Below are positions 9,059 through 18,665 of a stretch of 62,643 nt of DNA, piece by piece. The position numbers were made by a program, and so were the translations under genes. The notes under the pieces were generated by a model. It was given only the letters and a program-made list of their open reading frames with translations, ran no database searches and was not told where the DNA came from. How positions within the stretch are numbered: the stretch's first letter is position 1; each line of letters opens with the position of its first letter. The stretch comes from Rhodanobacteraceae bacterium (GTDB lineage: Bacteria > Pseudomonadota > Gammaproteobacteria > Xanthomonadales > SZUA-5): the NCBI GenBank assembly GCA_043754435.1, contig JAYUUS010000020.1:1-62643 (forward strand), written 5' to 3'.

Positions 9059-9901
9059 CTACTGAGTCCAGCGGCCTTCGCGTTGGGTCAGATTTCCTTT
9101 GCTGGTCAGCTCCGTGCCAAACACGGTTGCTTTGATCTGCACTTCACCTGGCTTTGCCAAGTCGGTTACTTTCACCGAACCCAAAATCCCATCAAGGTCA
9201 AAATCATAGGCTTTTAAAACCTTTTTGAAGCCGCCCAGGCACACGCCCACTTTGTCCATAGCCTGCTCAAAGCTTAGCGCTTTCACGTCTTCTGGGGTTT
9301 TTAAGTTGATCGAGTTCGCCGCATCGACCAGTGCGGTTACCGCGTTGCGCGCACGTTTGGGGTCGGCGAAATCGGTTTTGCTGGCCCAAGTCTGGATCGC
9401 GGTGATGGCTTTGGTAGCAGACTCTTTTTCCTCGGCACTAACTGAGCTGTTGGCCACTTGCATCTGCAGCGCGCCTGCGCCCATCGCAATGTAGCCAGGT
9501 AGCTGGTTTTTGTATTCGGCTAACTTCGGCTCAATTTCTTTCATAATCGAATCAACCGCGCCCGCTGCGGTCAAGCGCCCAAAAGACTCGGTGAATTGGC
9601 GGCGATCATCGGCACTGACGGGCTGCTTTTTCATGTCAGCGAATTTAGTCTGCATTTCCGCGAAGTCGGTTTTGCTTGAAACCAACTCAATCAAATGCCG
9701 CACATCATTTTGCTTGAGCGCATCGGCATAAGCGTTCATCGCGCCAGCGGCGGTCAATTTGCCAGCATTTTGCTCAGCAATTGCTTTTTCGGCAAGCGTG
9801 GAATGACCAGCGCTGTCACTGCCACACGCGGTAAAAGCCAATAGGGAGAGGGCCGCAGTAGCACCCAATAGCGCGCTGCGTAAAGTGGACGAAATGATCA
9901 T
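9059..9901 (-). CDS. Hypothetical lipoprotein
   Basis: 280 aa with signal peptide and lipobox (LLAFTAC). The mature part is alanine/lysine-rich and helical-looking. Confidence 0.6.
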   Translation of the reverse strand: MIISSTLRSALLGATAALSLLAFTACGSDSAGHSTLAEKAIAEQNAGKLTAAGAMNAYADALKQNDVRHLIELVSSKTDFAEMQTKFADMKKQPVSADDRRQFTESFGRLTAAGAVDSIMKEIEPKLAEYKNQLPGYIAMGAGALQMQVANSSVSAEEKESATKAITAIQTWASKTDFADPKRARNAVTALVDAANSINLKTPEDVKALSFEQAMDKVGVCLGGFKKVLKAYDFDLDGILGSVKVTDLAKPGEVQIKATVFGTELTSKGNLTQREGRWTQ

Positions 9902-9942
9902 AATGCTTCCTTAAATAAAATAAATGCGAAGAATGGGGGGGA

Positions 9943-10503
9943 TTAAAAATGACTGAGCTTTTCGCTTAAAGGCGGACGCGTCCTATCCGGCGCGGCCGTG
10001 TCAGTGCTACCAATATGGATAAAGCCGCTGATGTGCTCATTTGCGCGCAAGCCCAAACTTGCAGTAATCACCGCGTCGTAGGCGGCCCAGCCGGTTAGCC
10101 ACTGCGCGCCGAAATGGGCCGCAAATGCGGCGTTTAGCAGCTGCATACACACGGCGGATGCGCTCGCCGTTTGCTCGGCTTCAGGAATTTTGTGCCCCGC
10201 GCTAAGGCTTGCGATTACCACCACAATCACCGGCGCATGCAAAAACCGCAGGGCATCTTTTTCCAGCGCTTGCGCCGTAACGTCAGGCTCCACGCTTTTG
10301 CGCCGCACCACAATCATATCGGCAAGCCGTTGCCGCGCATCGCCTTGTATGACGACAAAGCGCCACGGTGCCAATTTGCCATGATCGGGCACGCGCATAG
10401 CGCTTTGCAGCAACGCTTGTAGCTCCAGCGTATTGGGGCCGGGTGATTTAAGCAGACGTGAGGGCGTGGATGCCCGCGCTGTTAACAATTCATGCGCTAA
10501 CAC
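9943..10503 (-). CDS. NAD(P)H nitroreductase, YdjA-like
   Basis: 186 aa. The N-terminus has the MRVPDHGKLAPWRFVVIQG motif typical of YdjA-type nitroreductases. Confidence 0.75.
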   Translation of the reverse strand: MLAHELLTARASTPSRLLKSPGPNTLELQALLQSAMRVPDHGKLAPWRFVVIQGDARQRLADMIVVRRKSVEPDVTAQALEKDALRFLHAPVIVVVIASLSAGHKIPEAEQTASASAVCMQLLNAAFAAHFGAQWLTGWAAYDAVITASLGLRANEHISGFIHIGSTDTAAPDRTRPPLSEKLSHF

Positions 10504-10506
10504 GAC

Positions 10507-11304
10507 TCAAAACTTGTTCGGCGCAAAATCAACTGCGGCTTTATAGCTTTCCACGGACAACGTTTTTTTCTTGAGCTTAGGAAACTCAATCACTTCCGCT
10601 GCCACCTTATGATCGGGTATGGAATCCAATAAATGCCGCAGCAAATTCAGTCGCCCACGCTTTTGGTCATTCATATCCACCACGATCCAGGGTGCCACGG
10701 GTTTATGGGTGGCGGTAAACATCGCTTCGCGTGCAATGGTGTAATCGTCGTATTTTTTCCGGCTGGTCAAATCAATCGGCGATATTTTCCAGCGCTTGAG
10801 TGGATCTTCGATGCGGTCTTTAAAGCGTTTTTCTTGCTTTTCCTGATCGCAAGAAAGATAGTATTTGCGCAATAACACGCCTTCGCTGACCAGCATCTGC
10901 TCAAACACCGGCACGTCCGTCAAAAATTGCTGATATTGCGCATCGGTACAAAAGCCCATCACCTTTTCCACGCCTGCGCGGTTGTACCAACTGCGGTCAA
11001 ATAAAACGATTTCGCCGGCGGCCGGTAAATACTGCACGTAGCGTTGAAAATACCACTGCGTGCGTTCACGTTCGTTCGGCTTGCTCAGCGCCACCACTTT
11101 GCAGCTGCGTGGATTCAAACAGGTAGAAATACTTTCAATTGCGCCGCCTTTGCCGGCGGCATCGCGGCCCTCAAAGATTACCAAAACGCGCTTTGCTTCG
11201 GCGCTAACCCAACGTGCCAAGTGATTTAGCTCCACTTGCAGCTCGGTCAGCGCTTCCTCGTAGTCTTGGCGATCAAGCTTCGTTGGTTTTTCTACTTTTG
11301 CCAT
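10507..11304 (-). CDS. ppk2: Polyphosphate kinase 2
   Basis: 265 aa. VLVIFEGRDAAGKGG (Walker A) and YFQRYVQYLPAAGEIVLFDRSWYNRAGVE match PPK2. Confidence 0.9.
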   Translation of the reverse strand: MAKVEKPTKLDRQDYEEALTELQVELNHLARWVSAEAKRVLVIFEGRDAAGKGGAIESISTCLNPRSCKVVALSKPNERERTQWYFQRYVQYLPAAGEIVLFDRSWYNRAGVEKVMGFCTDAQYQQFLTDVPVFEQMLVSEGVLLRKYYLSCDQEKQEKRFKDRIEDPLKRWKISPIDLTSRKKYDDYTIAREAMFTATHKPVAPWIVVDMNDQKRGRLNLLRHLLDSIPDHKVAAEVIEFPKLKKKTLSVESYKAAVDFAPNKF

Positions 11305-11313
11305 TGTCCGCTC

Positions 11314-12228
11314 CTAAACGTAGTCAAGCCAGCCAAAGCGATCCGGCGTGGTGTGTTTAAATAGCCCGAAAAACCGTTCCTGCAAGAGCTTAGTGATCGG
11401 GCCGGGCCTGCCATTCGCGACCTGTTTGCGATCCACCGAGCGCAACGGCGTGATTTCAGCAGCGGTGCCGGTCATAAACAGCTCGTCAGCCAAATACAGC
11501 ATTTCGCGCGGAATATTTTGCTCAATCACTTCGATGCCTTCTGCGCGCGCCAGCTTGATCGCTGATTCACGCGTAATGCCGTGCAGAATGGAGGCTGCCA
11601 TCGGTGGCGTATGAATGATGCCGTCTTTAACGATAAAGACGTTTTCGCCCGCACCTTCACTGACAAAACCATCCACCGTCAGCGCAATGCCTTCTTGAAA
11701 ACCTAAGCGTTTGGCTTCGCGTGAAATCAGAATGCTGGAAAGATAGTTGCCGCCCGCTTTGGCAGTCACCGGCAATGTGCCCGCAGCCGCGCGTCGCCAA
11801 GTGGAAATACAGGCGTCAATTCCATCTGTTACCGCGTCTGCACCCAAATACGGGCCCCAAACCCAGGCCGCGATTGCGCATTCGGTTGGATTATCCGCAC
11901 CCAAACCGAAGCCACCGGCACCGCGCCAAGCGATTGGGCGCAAGTAGGCGGACGTCAAATTATTAACTTTCAGCACTTCGCGGCAGGCGGCATTGATCTC
12001 ATCCGGGCTAAAGCCGATGTCCAAGTCATACATGCGCGCCGAATTAAAAAAGCGTTTGGTATGTTCGCCCAAGCGAAAAATTGCCGGGCCTTTCGGCGTT
12101 TCGTAGCTGCGAATGCCTTCAAACACGCTAGAACCATAGTGCAGCGCATGCGACATGACGTGCACATTCGCTTCCGCCCACGGCACAATTTTGCCTTTAA
12201 ACCAAATTTTCTCCGGAAAATTGCTCAT
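11314..12228 (-). CDS. ilvE: Branched-chain amino acid aminotransferase
   Basis: 304 aa. IWFKGKIVPWAEANVHVMSHALHYGSSVFEGIR and ..AKAGGNYLSS.. are class IV aminotransferase signatures. Confidence 0.9.
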   Translation of the reverse strand: MSNFPEKIWFKGKIVPWAEANVHVMSHALHYGSSVFEGIRSYETPKGPAIFRLGEHTKRFFNSARMYDLDIGFSPDEINAACREVLKVNNLTSAYLRPIAWRGAGGFGLGADNPTECAIAAWVWGPYLGADAVTDGIDACISTWRRAAAGTLPVTAKAGGNYLSSILISREAKRLGFQEGIALTVDGFVSEGAGENVFIVKDGIIHTPPMAASILHGITRESAIKLARAEGIEVIEQNIPREMLYLADELFMTGTAAEITPLRSVDRKQVANGRPGPITKLLQERFFGLFKHTTPDRFGWLDYV

Positions 12229-12305
12229 AGCAGCACGCCCTTGTTTGCATAGAAAAGAGCGCGATCATAGCGTTCGGGGCGCGTGATGGCGAGCCGTTTT
12301 GTTAA

Positions 12306-12575
12306 TACCGCAATGGTTCAGCGAGCAAACAGTGGCAACAAGAATTGGCGGATAAGTTTTTGCTGCACGCCGACATCGTGGACGGACAATCAACTCGCGG
12401 CAGTGACTGCGTATTCTCGCGTGAAAGCGTCGTTATCGTCAGCTATGAATTTGCCAGCAAACGCCATCAAGAAATCGCGCAAGTCGACTGGCATTTGGTC
12501 GTTTTCGATGAAGCGCATCGATTGCGCAATTTGCGCAAGCTTTCCAAAAGTGCGTTCGCCGTTAGCGGTAGATTT
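12306..12575 (+). pseudogene. Remnant of an SNF2/RapA-like helicase (internal fragment around the DEAH box)
   Basis: The frame reads ..KQWQQELADKFLLHADIVDG...VVIVSYEFASKRHQEIAQVDWHLVVFDEAHRLRN.. with a stop just upstream and no N- or C-terminal domains. It overlaps the 3' end of the PIN ORF in antisense. Confidence 0.6.
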
Positions 12576-12947
12576 TTGAGTTGCTGGCGCATGGCATGGA
12601 CGGCGGTCGGTCACGTTATAAGTCATGATCACACCCGCATGGCAGCGAATCACTGCGGCAAGTACATGTCGATCATCAGGGTCGGGCAACTCTAATTCTG
12701 GAATAAGCGATGCGTAGTTGCGCACTAGGCAATCAGGCACAGACGCGTTAATTAGCTCGCGCGTGCGCTGGATTCTGGCCGGATCAATGTCTGGCCGGTT
12801 CTTCTGCAAATTACGCGTCCATTCGTCGTGGATTTGCTCCGTCCAACGCGCTTTGAATAGATCAGTCAGTGCCACACGCATCAGCAAGTCACGCACCTGC
12901 GCTGGGTAAAACACGCAGGCATCATAGACTGCTATGAAATTCGCCAT
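12390..12947 (-). CDS. PIN-domain toxin; C-terminal third probably non-native
   Basis: 185 aa. The PIN-like core runs VYDACVFYP...DPDDRHVLAAVIRCHAGVIMTYNVTD. After about residue 115 the ORF runs antisense through the helicase remnant. Confidence 0.6.
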   Translation of the reverse strand: MANFIAVYDACVFYPAQVRDLLMRVALTDLFKARWTEQIHDEWTRNLQKNRPDIDPARIQRTRELINASVPDCLVRNYASLIPELELPDPDDRHVLAAVIRCHAGVIMTYNVTDRRPCHAPATQKSTANGERTFGKLAQIAQSMRFIENDQMPVDLRDFLMAFAGKFIADDNDAFTREYAVTAAS

Positions 12948-12950
12948 TGT

Positions 12951-13460
12951 TTAGTAACCCAAACCCAGCTCTTGCGCTTCTTGCGTCAACTGATCCAAAG
13001 CGGATTTTCGTGCAATGGTGGATTGCGCGCGATAGGTCAATAAATCTTTGTACTGCACGCGCCGGTGCGACCCAACTTTGCGATGCGCTAGCACACCGCT
13101 TTCCAGCAGTTGCACGACAAAAGGGCGCGAAACATTCAGGAAATCAGCGGCCTGTTGCGTGGTTAGCTCGGCATGGATAGGAACGATGCTGACCGCGTTG
13201 CCACGCCCGATTTGCGCCAGAATATCGACGAGCAAAGTCAGTGCCGAAGCGGGCACGTCAATCTTGTTCTCCCCGTGAATCACCTGTAGGCGTGCAGTTT
13301 CGCCATGGCCAATGCACGCCGCCAACAATCGACTGCTCTGGCTAGCCAAACGCACGTCTTGCTCGCTGGGCAAAGTTGCGGGAAGTCCTACCGGAAGATG
13401 GCGCGGAAAAACAGCTTGGATTTTGCGTGCGGGACTCATGGGTGCTCTCCGTTTTGACAA
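12951..13460 (-). CDS. Excisionase/MerR-type HTH DNA-binding antitoxin partner of the PIN protein
   Basis: 169 aa. LTTQQAADFLNVSRPFVVQLLESGVLAHRKVGSHRRV is an excisionase-family HTH. There is a 3-bp gap to the PIN gene. Confidence 0.65.
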   Translation of the reverse strand: MSKRRAPMSPARKIQAVFPRHLPVGLPATLPSEQDVRLASQSSRLLAACIGHGETARLQVIHGENKIDVPASALTLLVDILAQIGRGNAVSIVPIHAELTTQQAADFLNVSRPFVVQLLESGVLAHRKVGSHRRVQYKDLLTYRAQSTIARKSALDQLTQEAQELGLGY

Positions 13461-13728
13461 AATAAAGCTAACACAATAGCGCGCATAAACGAAATAAACA
13501 AATTAAACGCATAATACGAATTGCGACCTACGTCACCGAGATCAGTGCGTGGCAAAATATTTGCTATTCTGGCGCGCAACCTTGCGCTTTTCGATCAGCG
13601 CCCGCGCTATGAAATGGTGGCGGAAGAGGAGTTGCGATTGACGATATTTGGGGCTTCGGATCGCGATAAAGCATGATCAGAAGCCTCGAAAATCCAACCG
13701 ATAACCGCCGCAAAACGCTCCAACCAGT

Positions 13729-13912
13729 TCCCTCTCCACGCCCGCAAATACCAATAAAAACAATACCTTAGCGCGGGGAGAGGGTTAGGGTGAGGGGCAA
13801 AATGCGCCGATACTTACCTGCCTTGTCGCGGGTTCGATACTACCCCTCACCCCCGCCCTCTCCCCGCACTAACTCTCTGATTCAATTGATAATTTATGGC
13901 GTGGAGAGGGAG
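13729..13912. repeat. Nested palindromic REP-like element
   Basis: Outer arms are tccctctccacgcc (13729-13742) and ggcgtggagaggga (13898-13911), a 14/14 match. Inner arms are gcggggagagggttagggtgagggg (13773-13797) and cccctcacccccgccctctccccgc (13843-13867), 22/25 complementary. Confidence 0.85.
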
Positions 13913-13965
13913 CCGTTTGAGGCAAATTCACGTAGCTATTCACCCCCATCAACTTAAATCGTAAC

Positions 13966-14000
13966 CCTCCGCCCAAACGGGTGGGCGGAGGCTTACTTTT
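13966..14000. terminator. GC-rich hairpin downstream of accA, possibly a bidirectional terminator
   Basis: cctccgccca-aacggg-tgggcggagg is a perfect 10-bp stem, followed by cttactttt on the + strand. Confidence 0.5.
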
Positions 14001-14150
14001 CAGCCAGCAGCTGCACAGCGAAGCTAAGCCGTTTAGCTATTTGCTAATCCCGCACCAGGGGTTCGGGGCGCAGTATGCGTTTGCAACATTGCGGGCGCAG
14101 TACGTGCAGAAAACTTAGGCCTGGAAATCGCCTTGTCCTAGCTTTCAAAC

Positions 14151-15110
14151 CTAAGCCGCCTTACTCGACCCATAGCCGCGCAAGCGCTTATACCGCCGCT
14201 CAGCGCGCTCGGCGTCCGAATAGCCACCTAGTGTTTTCAGCTGCTTCAACAGCGCGGCTTTTAAAGTCGCTGCGATCACTTCCGTGTTGCGATGCGCGCC
14301 ACCGAGCGGTTCTGGCACGATTTCGTCGATTAAGCCGAGTGCTTTGAGGCGGCCTGAGGTGATGCCCATCGCGTCCGCCGCATCGCGCGCATGCTCGGCG
14401 CTTTTCCACAAAATTGAGGCGCAGCCTTCTGGTGAAATCACGGAATAGGTGGCGTATTGCAGCATTAAGGTGACGTCACTGACGCCAATCGCCAGCGCCC
14501 CGCCCGAGCCGCCTTCGCCGATTACAGTAGCGATAATCGGCACGTTAAGTTCGCTCAGCGTCAGCAAATTGCGCGCAATGGCTTCAGATTGATTGCGCTC
14601 CTCGGCACCAATACCGGGGTACGCGCCGGGCGTGTCAATCAGGGTGATTAGCGGCAAATGAAAGCGCTCTGCCATTTGCATTAACCGCAGCGCTTTGCGA
14701 TAGCCCTCCGGGCGTGGCATGGCGAAGTTGCGCTTCACCTTTTGTTTGGTGTCGCGGCCTTTTTGCTGGCCCAAAACCACCACCGCTAGTCCATCAATAC
14801 GCGCTAAACCGCCCACAATTGCGGCATCGTCAGAAAAACTACGATCCCCGGCCAACTCGTGAAACTCACTAAAAATCAGCGGAATAAGATCCAGCGAATG
14901 CGGCCGCAATGGGTGGCGCGATAATTGTGCGGTCTGCCAAGCGGTTAAATTGGCAAAAATTTCCTTCGTTTTTTGCGCGATCTTGTCCTGCAGCGCGCAT
15001 ATTTCCGACTCGATATTGATCGCGCTGTCTAAAGCGTTCGCGCGTAATTCGACGATTTTCGCCTCCAATTCGGCGATTGGCTGTTCAAAGTCAAGAAAAT
15101 TCGGGTTCAT
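14151..15110 (-). CDS. accA: Acetyl-CoA carboxylase carboxyltransferase alpha subunit
   Basis: [19 protein letters not shown]... and ..[25 protein letters not shown].. The start is set at the internal ATG at 15110. Confidence 0.92.
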   Translation of the reverse strand: MNPNFLDFEQPIAELEAKIVELRANALDSAINIESEICALQDKIAQKTKEIFANLTAWQTAQLSRHPLRPHSLDLIPLIFSEFHELAGDRSFSDDAAIVGGLARIDGLAVVVLGQQKGRDTKQKVKRNFAMPRPEGYRKALRLMQMAERFHLPLITLIDTPGAYPGIGAEERNQSEAIARNLLTLSELNVPIIATVIGEGGSGGALAIGVSDVTLMLQYATYSVISPEGCASILWKSAEHARDAADAMGITSGRLKALGLIDEIVPEPLGGAHRNTEVIAATLKAALLKQLKTLGGYSDAERAERRYKRLRGYGSSKAA

Positions 15111-15334
15111 GGGCGCAACACACAAGAAAGCAGATTCACGCATCGTAGAGCGTGGCGCACGGATGTCAATTGAATTGGCAAGTCGGTCAATACCCGCTAG
15201 TCCCTTAAACCTAGCAAATGTTTTAAATTTTGTTAACGCGGTGCGTCACATGAACGGCGTTAAGGCCTTAGGTTGTAGACTTCACCCTCCAGTGCGAGCC
15301 TAATCGGCTAACTAAAATTTAAGGGTGCCCACTT

Positions 15335-17740
15335 ATGTCGGACGAAATTACCATTACCTTCAACGACTTAGGCCTGCCCGACACCCTGTTGGCATCGCTG
15401 TTAGCCGTTGGTTACGAAACACCTACGCCAATTCAAGCGGCCACCATTCCGCCTTTATTGGAAGGCCGCGACGTTTTAGGCACTGCGCAAACCGGCACCG
15501 GTAAAACCGCTGCGTTCGCTTTGCCGATTTTGGCGCACATTGATTTAAGCGCGCGCGCCACGCACAACCCGCAGGCGCTGGTGTTGGCACCCACGCGCGA
15601 ATTAGCAATTCAAGTCGCCGAAGCGTTCCAACGTTACGCCAGCCATATTCCTGGTTTCCATGTGCTGCCAATTTACGGCGGCCAAAGCTACACGCCGCAA
15701 CTGCGCGGCCTTCAGCGCGGCGCGCACGTCGTGGTTGGCACGCCAGGGCGGGTGATTGATCACATGGAAAAGGGCTCGCTTGATCTGAGTCATATCAAGA
15801 CATTAGTGCTGGACGAAGCCGACGAGATGTTGCGCATGGGCTTTGTCGATGATGTTGAAGCCGTGCTCAAACGTATTCCCGACGAACGCCGCATTGCGCT
15901 ATTTTCCGCGACCATGCCACGCCCCATCGCACGCATTGCTGAAACCTATCTGCGCAACCCGGTGCGCGTCGCCATTGTCTCCAAAACCACCACGCCCGGC
16001 ACCGTGCGCCAGCGCTATTGGCAGGTCAGCGGCATGCATAAGTTGGATGCACTGACGCGCATTTTGGAAGTCGAACCGTTTGAAGCAATGATCGTATTTA
16101 GCCGCACCAAATTGGGCACAGAAGAGTTGGCACAAAAATTAGAAGCACGTGGTTTTGCCGCCGCCGCCATCAATGGTGACGTGCAGCAAGCGGTGCGTGA
16201 GCGCACGATTGGCAAGTTGAAAGATGGCTCGATTGATATTTTGGTCGCCACCGACGTTGCCGCACGCGGTTTGGACGTTGAACGCATCAGCCATGTGATC
16301 AACTTTGATATTCCAGTGGATACCGAATCCTATGTGCACCGCATTGGCCGCACCGGCCGCGCCGGGCGCGCTGGGGATGCGATTTTGTTTGTGACGCCGC
16401 GTGAACGGCATTTATTGCGCGCGATTGAACGCGCAACGCGTCAGCCGATTGAAGAAATGACGCTGCCGAGCGTGGGTGATGTGAACGACGTGCGCATTGC
16501 GCGCTTCAAAGAACGCATCGTTGAAACCTTGGCGGAGGGTGGTCTGGATACCTTCCAGCAAATGATTGAAAGTTTTGAGACCGAAAAAAATGTGCCTGCG
16601 GTCGAAATTGCCGCAGCACTCGCGAAAATGGTGCAGGGCAAAAAGCCGCTGTTGCTGAAAGCTGAGCGTGAAGGTGGCGCAGCTTGGGGTGGCGACGCAT
16701 CGGCGCGCAGCGAACGGCCTGCACGCAGTGATAAGCCTGAGCGCCCCGTACGTGAGCGCGCCCCGCGTGAGTTTGATGCCCCGCGTGCACCGCGTGAGTT
16801 TGAAGCGCCCCGTGCACCACGCGAATTTGACGCCCCGCGTGCACCACGCGAGTTTGACGCCCCGCGTGCGCCACGCGAGTTTGACGACAGCGTGCCTAGC
16901 TTGCGTCCACGCGTCAAAACCTCAGTAGAAGATCGCTTTGCGCAGTATGAAGGTGCCCCGCCACGTGCGGACGATGTTGAACCACGCGAACGTCCGCGTA
17001 AATCCGCACCGCGTGATGACGATAAGCAAACCTACAAAGTTGCGGTCGGGCATGCGCATCAGGTCAAGCCCGGCAATATCGTCGGTGCCATTGCCAATGA
17101 AGCGGGTTTAGACAGCGCACACATCGGACGGATTGAAATTTTCGACGACTACACCCTGGTGGACTTGCCAGCCGGCATGCCCGCCGAAACCTTTCAGCTG
17201 CTGAAAAAGGTTCGCGTTGCCCAACAAATGCTGATGATTGAGCCGTGGGACGGCAAGCAATCCGCGCCCGCGCCGCGCCGCAGCTTTGACGATGCCAGCG
17301 AGCGTGGCGGCGAACGTCCAGCAAAATCACATTTTGATGCACCGCGCTTCGCCAAAACCCCGTTTGGTGCCGCGCGCGACGCAGGTTTTAAAAAGCCCGG
17401 TTTTGCCCGTCCGGATGATGGCTTCAAGCCGCGTTTTAAAGCCGATGGCGATGCACCTAGAAAGTCCTTTGGTGATAAGCCAAGCTTTGGCGACAAACCA
17501 AGCTACGGTAAAGCCAGCTTTGCGAAACCGGCGTTTGCTAAGCCTAGCTTTGACAAGCCGAGCTCTGAGCGTCCAAGCTTTGCCAAGCCCGGATTTAAAA
17601 AAGCTGATGCCAGCGACCGCCCAGCGCGCGCCGGTTTCAATAAGTCCGGCCCCGGCGGTTTCGACAAACCGCGTGGCCCAGAAGGCGGCTTTGCGCCCCC
17701 AGGCAAGCGTAAATTTGGGGCGAATCCGTTTAAGAAGTAG
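15335..17740 (+). CDS. deaD: DEAD-box RNA helicase (DeaD/CsdA-like) with a long repeat-rich basic C-terminal tail
   Basis: Q motif, AQTGTGKT, DEADEML, SAT and HRIGRTGRAG motifs plus a DbpA-like segment. The 801-aa protein has about 170 extra C-terminal residues of low complexity. Confidence 0.9.
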   Translation: MSDEITITFNDLGLPDTLLASLLAVGYETPTPIQAATIPPLLEGRDVLGTAQTGTGKTAAFALPILAHIDLSARATHNPQALVLAPTRELAIQVAEAFQRYASHIPGFHVLPIYGGQSYTPQLRGLQRGAHVVVGTPGRVIDHMEKGSLDLSHIKTLVLDEADEMLRMGFVDDVEAVLKRIPDERRIALFSATMPRPIARIAETYLRNPVRVAIVSKTTTPGTVRQRYWQVSGMHKLDALTRILEVEPFEAMIVFSRTKLGTEELAQKLEARGFAAAAINGDVQQAVRERTIGKLKDGSIDILVATDVAARGLDVERISHVINFDIPVDTESYVHRIGRTGRAGRAGDAILFVTPRERHLLRAIERATRQPIEEMTLPSVGDVNDVRIARFKERIVETLAEGGLDTFQQMIESFETEKNVPAVEIAAALAKMVQGKKPLLLKAEREGGAAWGGDASARSERPARSDKPERPVRERAPREFDAPRAPREFEAPRAPREFDAPRAPREFDAPRAPREFDDSVPSLRPRVKTSVEDRFAQYEGAPPRADDVEPRERPRKSAPRDDDKQTYKVAVGHAHQVKPGNIVGAIANEAGLDSAHIGRIEIFDDYTLVDLPAGMPAETFQLLKKVRVAQQMLMIEPWDGKQSAPAPRRSFDDASERGGERPAKSHFDAPRFAKTPFGAARDAGFKKPGFARPDDGFKPRFKADGDAPRKSFGDKPSFGDKPSYGKASFAKPAFAKPSFDKPSSERPSFAKPGFKKADASDRPARAGFNKSGPGGFDKPRGPEGGFAPPGKRKFGANPFKK
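16760..16885 (+). repeat. Tandem 27-bp coding repeat (APREF[D/E]APR, about 4.7 copies) within deaD
   Basis: Read directly. The protein shows APREFDAPRAPREFEAPRAPREFDAPRAPREFDAPRAPREFD. Confidence 0.9.
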
Positions 17741-17748
17741 TTAGGCAC

Positions 17749-18087
17749 ATGAGTGAAGTCGACGACGTTGCAAAGCTAGTCGCTGAGTACTTCGCGCAAG
17801 ATGGCGCCAAGGAAATAGTTGTTTCTCGGACAGGCGGCAGCCTCACAGCCGCGGGTGAACCGTTCTATGAGCGTGACAGGCTACTTGACACGCTTTCGAG
17901 GCGCTTGGTCGGCCTTTGCGAACAAGAGAATCCGGAAAAAATGTTGCTGGTTAGTGTTGCAAAGTTCGTCCGAGCACTCGTGCTCATGGAGTCTGCTGAA
18001 CAATTGTATTTCTTTACCTGCAACGTATCGGGCAAGCGGCAATCCGGATGGGCGTCGTCGGACAGAATTTTCTTTGTGCCCAACTAG
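17749..18087 (+). CDS. Hypothetical protein
   Basis: 112-aa ORF starting 9 bp after the deaD stop. No family recognised. Confidence 0.3.
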   Translation: MSEVDDVAKLVAEYFAQDGAKEIVVSRTGGSLTAAGEPFYERDRLLDTLSRRLVGLCEQENPEKMLLVSVAKFVRALVLMESAEQLYFFTCNVSGKRQSGWASSDRIFFVPN

Positions 18088-18446
18088 CCGACAATGCGGC
18101 ATTCGGTGATTTTGGCTTACACTGTAGTTTCCGTGCCGCATTGTGGCTTATTAAATCGTTGAGGCTGTAGAAAAAGTGATTTCCAGAAACCTTTTGGTCG
18201 GCAATTCTGGCGGCTGCAAGGCTCTTGTAAGCCAAATCTGGGCAAGTTTTCATCCTTAAAGGCGCTTTTTTCAGCCAAGAGCGGCATCAATGAGCGCAGA
18301 CGGGTTGTAAACCAGGCCCAATTTACTTTTCCTACAGCATCGTTAGGTGCCCAATGCAGTCCTTGAGTATTGACTCCCATCGCGCTGCAAATGGGTTTAC
18401 CTGAATTACGACGTTCTCGCGCCGAAGAAGGCTTTGGCTTGGTTTC

Positions 18447-18665
18447 TTGCTTATGTTTCGTTACGGTTTTCTGCGCTGGGGTGTCTGGATACCCCCGATC
18501 ACCGACGATGCGGTCTATCCTGACTTTATCCGTGGCAAGCTCCGAATCTATGCAGGTTATGACAATTGGTTCGGTTACGATCTACTGGCAAGCAATGCTC
18601 CGACCGATGCATTTCTGCAACGCTTTTACGAGAGGCATTGTAAGTCCGATGGCAACCTAGCGTAG
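18447..18665 (+). CDS. Hypothetical small protein
   Basis: 72-aa ORF rich in aromatic residues (..YAGYDNWFGYDLL..). An overlapping alternative frame also exists, so coding status is uncertain. Confidence 0.2.
   Translation: MLMFRYGFLRWGVWIPPITDDAVYPDFIRGKLRIYAGYDNWFGYDLLASNAPTDAFLQRFYERHCKSDGNLA

Noticed and set aside
13826-13850. tRNA-like T-arm sequence (gcgggttcgatac) in the REP region
   Set aside because: No acceptor stem, anticodon arm or D-arm can be drawn around it. It lies in the loop of the nested palindrome.
16441-16917. Long antisense and off-frame ORFs across the deaD repeat region (SNSRGARGA repeats and others)
   Set aside because: They are shadow ORFs created by the GC-rich 27-bp coding repeat. 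The deaD frame carries all the helicase motifs.
18014-18380. Minus-strand ORFs at 18.0-18.4 kb as a decayed transposase or integrase
   Set aside because: No DDE or tyrosine-recombinase motifs and no terminal inverted repeats are recognisable. The open frame upstream has no start codon. It is left unassigned.
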